This document shows, one piece after another, positions 5,240 through 9,554 of a stretch of 9,554 nucleotides of DNA. The DNA comes from Candidatus Hermodarchaeota archaeon (GTDB lineage Archaea > Asgardarchaeota > Heimdallarchaeia > Hodarchaeales > Hodarchaeaceae). Each line of letters starts with the position of its first letter. Position 1 is the stretch's first letter. A program made the position numbers and the translations under genes. The DNA is taken from positions 1 to 9,554 of the forward strand of contig JBHLKY010000050.1 of NCBI GenBank assembly GCA_048886185.1, written 5' to 3'. Below the pieces are notes generated by a model. It made no database searches, was not told the DNA's origin, and was given only the letters and a program-made list of their open reading frames with translations.

Positions 5240-8137
5240 ATGAAAACAGGACTCTCTTTTGTTTTAAATACCATTCAGGGGAAAAAAATTTCAACAATAC
5301 TATTAATACTTGGAATATTAGGCTCAATTCAGATTCTATTTACTTTAAATGCTTTCATATATTATCATTTAACTGAAGATGAATTCTCTCAGGGAGTTAA
5401 GGTAATAAATAATAACCCCCTTTTTTCCTTAAATGAGCATAATCCAATAAATATTGATGGCAATGGAGCCTTTCATTCTCTGGCCCAAAATGAATTATGG
5501 CCTGGGAATGGATCCTTAGGATCCCCTTATATCATCACTGGACTTAATATTACTAACAGTACAGGTTCCTCTGCATTCCCACTTGTAGAGATCCGAAACA
5601 CCAATCTCTATTTCAACCTCTCTTTTTGCATATTTGGGGGTGGTAGTTATGGATTAGTTCTCTCAAATGTTACTAATGCATTAATTCAAAACAACACTAT
5701 TCGTTATAGTTTAGGAGTCTATGGAGAAGGTGATGGGATTGTCTTAACCTCTTGTAAATATAATGAAATATCATATAATACAATCAATGGACATGATGAA
5801 TTTGGTATAACTCTCTCTAACTCGAGAAACATTACCATCCAATCTAACCATTTAATGGATAATGGGGATGGTGGTATCACACTCTCATCTTCAAATAATA
5901 ACACTCTCTCATCCAATAATGTCACTAGCAATGGTCGATTTGCATTAACACTTACCTCCTCAAACAATAATACTATTTCTGATAATAATATCATTGATCA
6001 CGGTTACAGCATTTATGTTTCCTCGAATTGCCAAGATAATCGTCTTGTTAGAAATACTATCGATCAAAATGGTGAATTTGGTATACGCCTGACGAATTCC
6101 AGCAATAATACGATTAAGAGTAATAGGATTCTTCAAAATGGGATGGGGATGTTTATTGATTCTTCCCCACAAAATACCATTAAAGATAATGAAATCACAT
6201 ATTTCGGATTAAGGATTATTGGAGACCAACTTAATCACCTTTTCCAAACAGATATAACCAATAATTCTGTAAACGGCGAACAAATTGTATATTGGAAGAA
6301 TATTAACGGGGGAACTGTTTCTGAGGGTGCTGGACAGATCATTTTGGTGAACTGTAGTGATGTATCGATCATTAACCAAGAATTTTCTAATCTAGAAGTT
6401 GCACTTGCATTAGATTACTGTAATAGGATTGAGATTAAGAATAATAAAGTATATAATTCAAGTTTTAACGGCTTTTTACTCCGATATAGTAACTCTTCGA
6501 CTCTTGTTGATAATTATGTCCATAATACTGATGGTGAAGGAATTGTTCTAGCTTATTCAGAAAATAATACGCTTATTGGAAATTCCATTGTGAACAATAG
6601 CATGATTGGTTGTACAATAGGATATTCTTCAAATACCACATTCATCTCTAATAATATAGGCTTTAATTTATATGGGTGTTACATCTTATCATCTACAAAT
6701 ATATCCTTCTTTTACAATATTTTTGAAAACAATACAGAGTATGGAATCTATCTGGCCTCCTCTGAAAAGTCTTTCTTGACAAATAATGATTTTTATTTTA
6801 ATAAACAAACAGGGGGAGCTCAAAGTTATGATTCACAAACAAATCCAACAATGAAGAATATCTTTGAATATAATTATTGGAACGATTGGATAGTCCCAGA
6901 TAATGATTTAAATCGAATAGTGGATCAGCCTTACTCTATTGATGGCCCAGCTAATAATCAAGATCTATATCCATTAACCGTTCCATATTCTCAATATGTC
7001 CACACGCTCACTGAGCCTTTTATATTATATCCCAATGGCGGAGAAACATTATCTGACATGGTTACAATTCAATGGACATCCGCCATCGATTCATGGGATC
7101 ATAACGTTAACTATACTCTTTACTACTCAAAAGACGGTGGCACCACATGGATCTTACTTCAAGCAGATCTAATAGAGACAAGCTATGAGTGGGACACAAA
7201 TACAGTTGCAGATGGGACGGAATATTTGATTTATGTTGTTGCGAATTGCTCTGAGGGTTTATATTCAAGTGACTATTCTAATAACCAATTTGTTATTGAG
7301 AATCAGAGACATGCATTATCTCTCCCTCAAATTTTATTTCCTGAGAGTGGAGATATCGTGTCTGGGGAGATAACAGTTCAATGGACAGCTGCAATAGATT
7401 CATGGAATCATCCAGTTACCTACAGATTATATTATTCTCCAAATAATGGATCTAACTGGATTTTAATAGAATCAAACTTGACATCAAACAATTATACCTG
7501 GGATCTCTTATCCATAGAGGCAGGATCAAACTACCTCCTTAAACTAATAGCAATTTGTACGAGCGGTTTAACGGTAGTTGATATTACCGATGATGTTTTT
7601 AGTATCACCACTGTTCCTCATAGCCTTTCGGATCCAATCATCATCTCTCCCAATGGTGGAGAAACTCTTAAAGGAAGTACGCAAATATATTGGACCGAGA
7701 CTGAGGATTCCCTTAATCATACTATCATATATTCGATTTATTTTTCCTTTAATAATGGTATCACATGGTTTGAAATAGCTACTGGTCTAACTTCTCGTAC
7801 TTTTACTTGGAATACTACTAGTGTCGCAGATGGCTCTAATTACTTGATTAAAGTAAAAGCTATATGTGAAGAAGGGTCTGTTGTTGAAGATATTTCTGAT
7901 GAGGTTTTTACAATTCAAAATATTGTTCCTACAAGCACTATGATCCCTACAACCTCTTATTCAGATGAGACAATTAGAACTACTTCAACAAGAGTACCAA
8001 CAACACCTTCACCTACTACTACAAGTACAACAACAAGTCATTCTAGTTCTGGTGGAATACTTACGGAAAGTTTGATTGCACTTGGTTTTTTTCTCGGATG
8101 GCAAATATACAAAAAGATGAAAAAACGACCACGTTAA
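5240..8137 (+). CDS. cell-surface glycoprotein: right-handed parallel beta-helix (NosD/PbH1-type) + three PNGGE Ig-like repeats + Thr-rich stalk + C-terminal membrane anchor
   Basis: 965-aa ORF with an N-terminal hydrophobic signal/anchor and WPGNGSLGSPYII cap motif. Many GIxLxxSxNNTIxxN repeats, closed by NYWNDW...IVDQPYSIDG...DLYPL as in NosD-family beta-helices. Three ~103-aa repeats with Asp-box-like YSxDGGxTW, many N-x-S/T sequons, a Thr/Ser stalk, then hydrophobic segment + KKMKKRPR. No nos cluster is present, so it is not called nosD. Confidence 0.85.
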   Translation: MKTGLSFVLNTIQGKKISTILLILGILGSIQILFTLNAFIYYHLTEDEFSQGVKVINNNPLFSLNEHNPINIDGNGAFHSLAQNELWPGNGSLGSPYIITGLNITNSTGSSAFPLVEIRNTNLYFNLSFCIFGGGSYGLVLSNVTNALIQNNTIRYSLGVYGEGDGIVLTSCKYNEISYNTINGHDEFGITLSNSRNITIQSNHLMDNGDGGITLSSSNNNTLSSNNVTSNGRFALTLTSSNNNTISDNNIIDHGYSIYVSSNCQDNRLVRNTIDQNGEFGIRLTNSSNNTIKSNRILQNGMGMFIDSSPQNTIKDNEITYFGLRIIGDQLNHLFQTDITNNSVNGEQIVYWKNINGGTVSEGAGQIILVNCSDVSIINQEFSNLEVALALDYCNRIEIKNNKVYNSSFNGFLLRYSNSSTLVDNYVHNTDGEGIVLAYSENNTLIGNSIVNNSMIGCTIGYSSNTTFISNNIGFNLYGCYILSSTNISFFYNIFENNTEYGIYLASSEKSFLTNNDFYFNKQTGGAQSYDSQTNPTMKNIFEYNYWNDWIVPDNDLNRIVDQPYSIDGPANNQDLYPLTVPYSQYVHTLTEPFILYPNGGETLSDMVTIQWTSAIDSWDHNVNYTLYYSKDGGTTWILLQADLIETSYEWDTNTVADGTEYLIYVVANCSEGLYSSDYSNNQFVIENQRHALSLPQILFPESGDIVSGEITVQWTAAIDSWNHPVTYRLYYSPNNGSNWILIESNLTSNNYTWDLLSIEAGSNYLLKLIAICTSGLTVVDITDDVFSITTVPHSLSDPIIISPNGGETLKGSTQIYWTETEDSLNHTIIYSIYFSFNNGITWFEIATGLTSRTFTWNTTSVADGSNYLIKVKAICEEGSVVEDISDEVFTIQNIVPTSTMIPTTSYSDETIRTTSTRVPTTPSPTTTSTTTSHSSSGGILTESLIALGFFLGWQIYKKMKKRPR
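7001..7921 (+). repeat. three tandem intragenic 309-nt (103-aa) Ig-like domain repeats
   Basis: Unit-start His codons at 7001, 7310, 7619; second His codons at 7100, 7409, 7718; Cys codons at 7247, 7556, 7865. This is an exact 309-nt period with no indels between the markers, although the DNA is diverged. Confidence 0.9.
7928..8050 (+). repeat. low-complexity Thr/Ser/Pro-rich stalk coding region (ACN/AGT-rich)
   Basis: PTSTMIPTTSYSDETIRTTSTRVPTTPSPTTTSTTTSHSSS lies between the last Ig-like repeat and the anchor; typical O-glycosylated spacer. Confidence 0.7.
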
Positions 8138-8293
8138 ATCCTGTATCAATTTTGAGAGATTACAGGAGGAAGTTAGGAGAGAAACTATTCAAAATTTGAA
8201 ATCATTACAGATCATTAGATCCATCTAAAATGCGAAAGAAATTAGAGAGTCCATCAGAGATAATTTTAAAGGATTTAATACTATCCTCTTAAC

Positions 8294-9253
8294 TCATTTA
8301 TTCAGGATGATTTGCTGTTCCTTAATTTTTGTTTTCTTCTGCGGTTTTATGTTCTTATGGAGTCTATCATGTTCTGATGAATCAAGTACGAGAGAGTTTA
8401 AGAAAATACTAATGGAATGGCTTCCTTCTAAAGACTCTCCTGGAGTTACGGGGAGGCAATAATCAATAGTTAGCTTATTTAATCCAAGAGACAAAATAGC
8501 AATTATAGCATTCTGAATAACTTGCAGGTCTCCCTGCTGGTATGTTAAGACAAGTAGATTTGGTTGAAAATCAGGATTAAATTCAATAAATTGATCGAAA
8601 AGTGATTTGTAAATCAAGAAACTGTACTTGGGATTTACAAAAAGCCCTTCAATCTTTTTAACAATCGTATTGTATTTCTCTTTCCATCCATATCCTAAAT
8701 CGTGTTTACACGAACTTTCCATCCGAATGATGTTGATATCTTCCATTGTGGACTGTTTATAATGAAATGAAACAGTTTGTAAAGGAAAAATGCTAGTAAT
8801 CTCTTCTATCGGAATATACTCACCTAATCCCGAAAGACAGATAAGATCAAACCAATACGATCCACATTGGGATTTATGTGTCATTATACATGAATTTTGG
8901 GAATCACTTTCTTCAAGGAGGCGAAAAAGGTTATTTATATTATTTGCTATCTCTTTTCCTGCTATATAAGGGATACCATGACCATATAAGCCTTCACACA
9001 AGAAAAAAATCCTATAATCTCTATTCTGAACCGTAAATATGCCCATTCCTTCTAATTCAGGAGTTGTGTGTCCATATATTCCTGACATTGTATGATGAGG
9101 TGCTTTTTCCACCTCTGCAAGTGCCAATGCTAGCGCGGTATACAGTGCTCCCCCTAATTCGGGTTCGAGCGCAGTACCCCCTCGTAAGTGACAGTGGCCA
9201 ATGATATGCATACATGGAAGATGTTGAATCCAAATTTGGCTTACTACTACCAA
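8294..9253 (-). CDS. cytoplasmic longin-like domain protein (possible tandem longin), His/Cys-rich
   Basis: 319-aa ORF with TTG start and GGGGA 6 nt upstream; an in-frame TGA at 9292-9290 excludes an upstream ATG. Res 3-142 show a beta-beta-alpha-beta-beta-beta-alpha-alpha pattern (SQIWIQH / HIIGHCHL / EPELGGALYTALALALAEV / ... / YRIFFLC / KEIANNINNLF), the longin topology. No signal peptide or TM. Confidence 0.5.
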   Translation of the reverse strand: MVVVSQIWIQHLPCMHIIGHCHLRGGTALEPELGGALYTALALALAEVEKAPHHTMSGIYGHTTPELEGMGIFTVQNRDYRIFFLCEGLYGHGIPYIAGKEIANNINNLFRLLEESDSQNSCIMTHKSQCGSYWFDLICLSGLGEYIPIEEITSIFPLQTVSFHYKQSTMEDINIIRMESSCKHDLGYGWKEKYNTIVKKIEGLFVNPKYSFLIYKSLFDQFIEFNPDFQPNLLVLTYQQGDLQVIQNAIIAILSLGLNKLTIDYCLPVTPGESLEGSHSISIFLNSLVLDSSEHDRLHKNIKPQKKTKIKEQQIILNK

Positions 9254-9554
9254 TAGGAATCCCCATAAAGGAGGTACTTCTAGTAAAAATCATTTAGGGA
9301 GTTAAATAGATATTGCCTCTGGATCCTTCGCCAAGTTCTTCTTGATCAAAACCCAGTCTCACTAGATAGACAAGTTGAGTTTTGCAATAGTTCCCTTTAT
9401 TGATTCATGGTATAATTTTACAATCATAATTATAAAGGATTCCTAATAGATTTGCTCTATGAATCTGCGGAGAGTCTCTCTAGACATTTTTTCCCATAAA
9501 TTCCGTCCAAGGCTGGTTTAGATAAGATAATCACGATTGAGAATGGTTTGCGAC

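Noticed and set aside
5719-6172. Two antisense ORFs (5719-5994, 5960-6172)
   Set aside because: Shadows of the repetitive Asn/Ile/Ser-rich beta-helix coding strand.
7578-7778. 66-aa antisense ORF
   Set aside because: Lies wholly opposite the third Ig-like repeat of the 965-aa CDS.
5240-8137. Calling the gene nosD (nitrous oxide reductase maturation)
   Set aside because: Only the beta-helix fold is shared. No nosZ/F/Y/L neighbours, and the extra Ig repeats, stalk and anchor indicate a surface protein.
8151-8290. Protein-like + strand frame FERLQEEVRRETIQNLKSLQIIRSI*NAKEIRESIRDNFKGF in the convergent intergenic gap
   Set aside because: No start codon and an internal stop; the purine-rich bias is equally explained by a pyrimidine-rich terminator region of the minus-strand gene.
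9131-9185. GGGTTCGAG resembling a tRNA T-loop
   Set aside because: No pairing T-stem, acceptor stem or D-arm can be built, and it lies antisense within a CDS.
9057-9293. 78-aa minus-strand ORF
   Set aside because: Out-of-frame overlap with the 5' part of the 319-aa CDS; Ser/Thr/Arg-rich composition typical of an alternate frame.
1-9554. CRISPR array, IS element/transposase, integrase, rRNA
   Set aside because: No regularly spaced 25-40 nt direct repeats, terminal inverted repeats, DDE/tyrosine-recombinase motifs or rRNA-like GC-rich segments were seen.

Overview
AT-rich archaeal-looking window. Asgard/Heimdallarchaeia-like origin is inferred from the protein families and BRE-TATA promoters, not proven. 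It holds seven supportable CDSs, nearly all for exported or membrane proteins: (1) the 3' end of a membrane-anchored Ig-like surface protein; (2) a 390-aa exported protein fusing a compact clan-CD (gingipain/CHAT/caspase-fold) His-Cys peptidase domain, via a Gly/Ser/Thr linker, to a ~170-aa hydrophobic/amphipathic C-terminal domain; (3) a convergent 470-aa membrane protein with two TM+PH-like modules; (4) a 204-aa secreted beta-rich protein whose upstream BRE-TATA region is 23/25 identical to that of gene 2; (5) a 123-aa 4-TM internally duplicated protein; (6) a 965-aa NosD-type beta-helix surface glycoprotein with three exact-period (309 nt) PNGGE Ig-like repeats carrying conserved His/Asp/His/Cys; (7) a 319-aa His/Cys-rich longin-like protein. 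The best lead is genes 2-4(5) as a candidate protease-activated membrane-active toxin/immunity cassette. No rRNA, tRNA, CRISPR array or mobile element could be supported. All family assignments come from reading motifs by eye; no searches were run.
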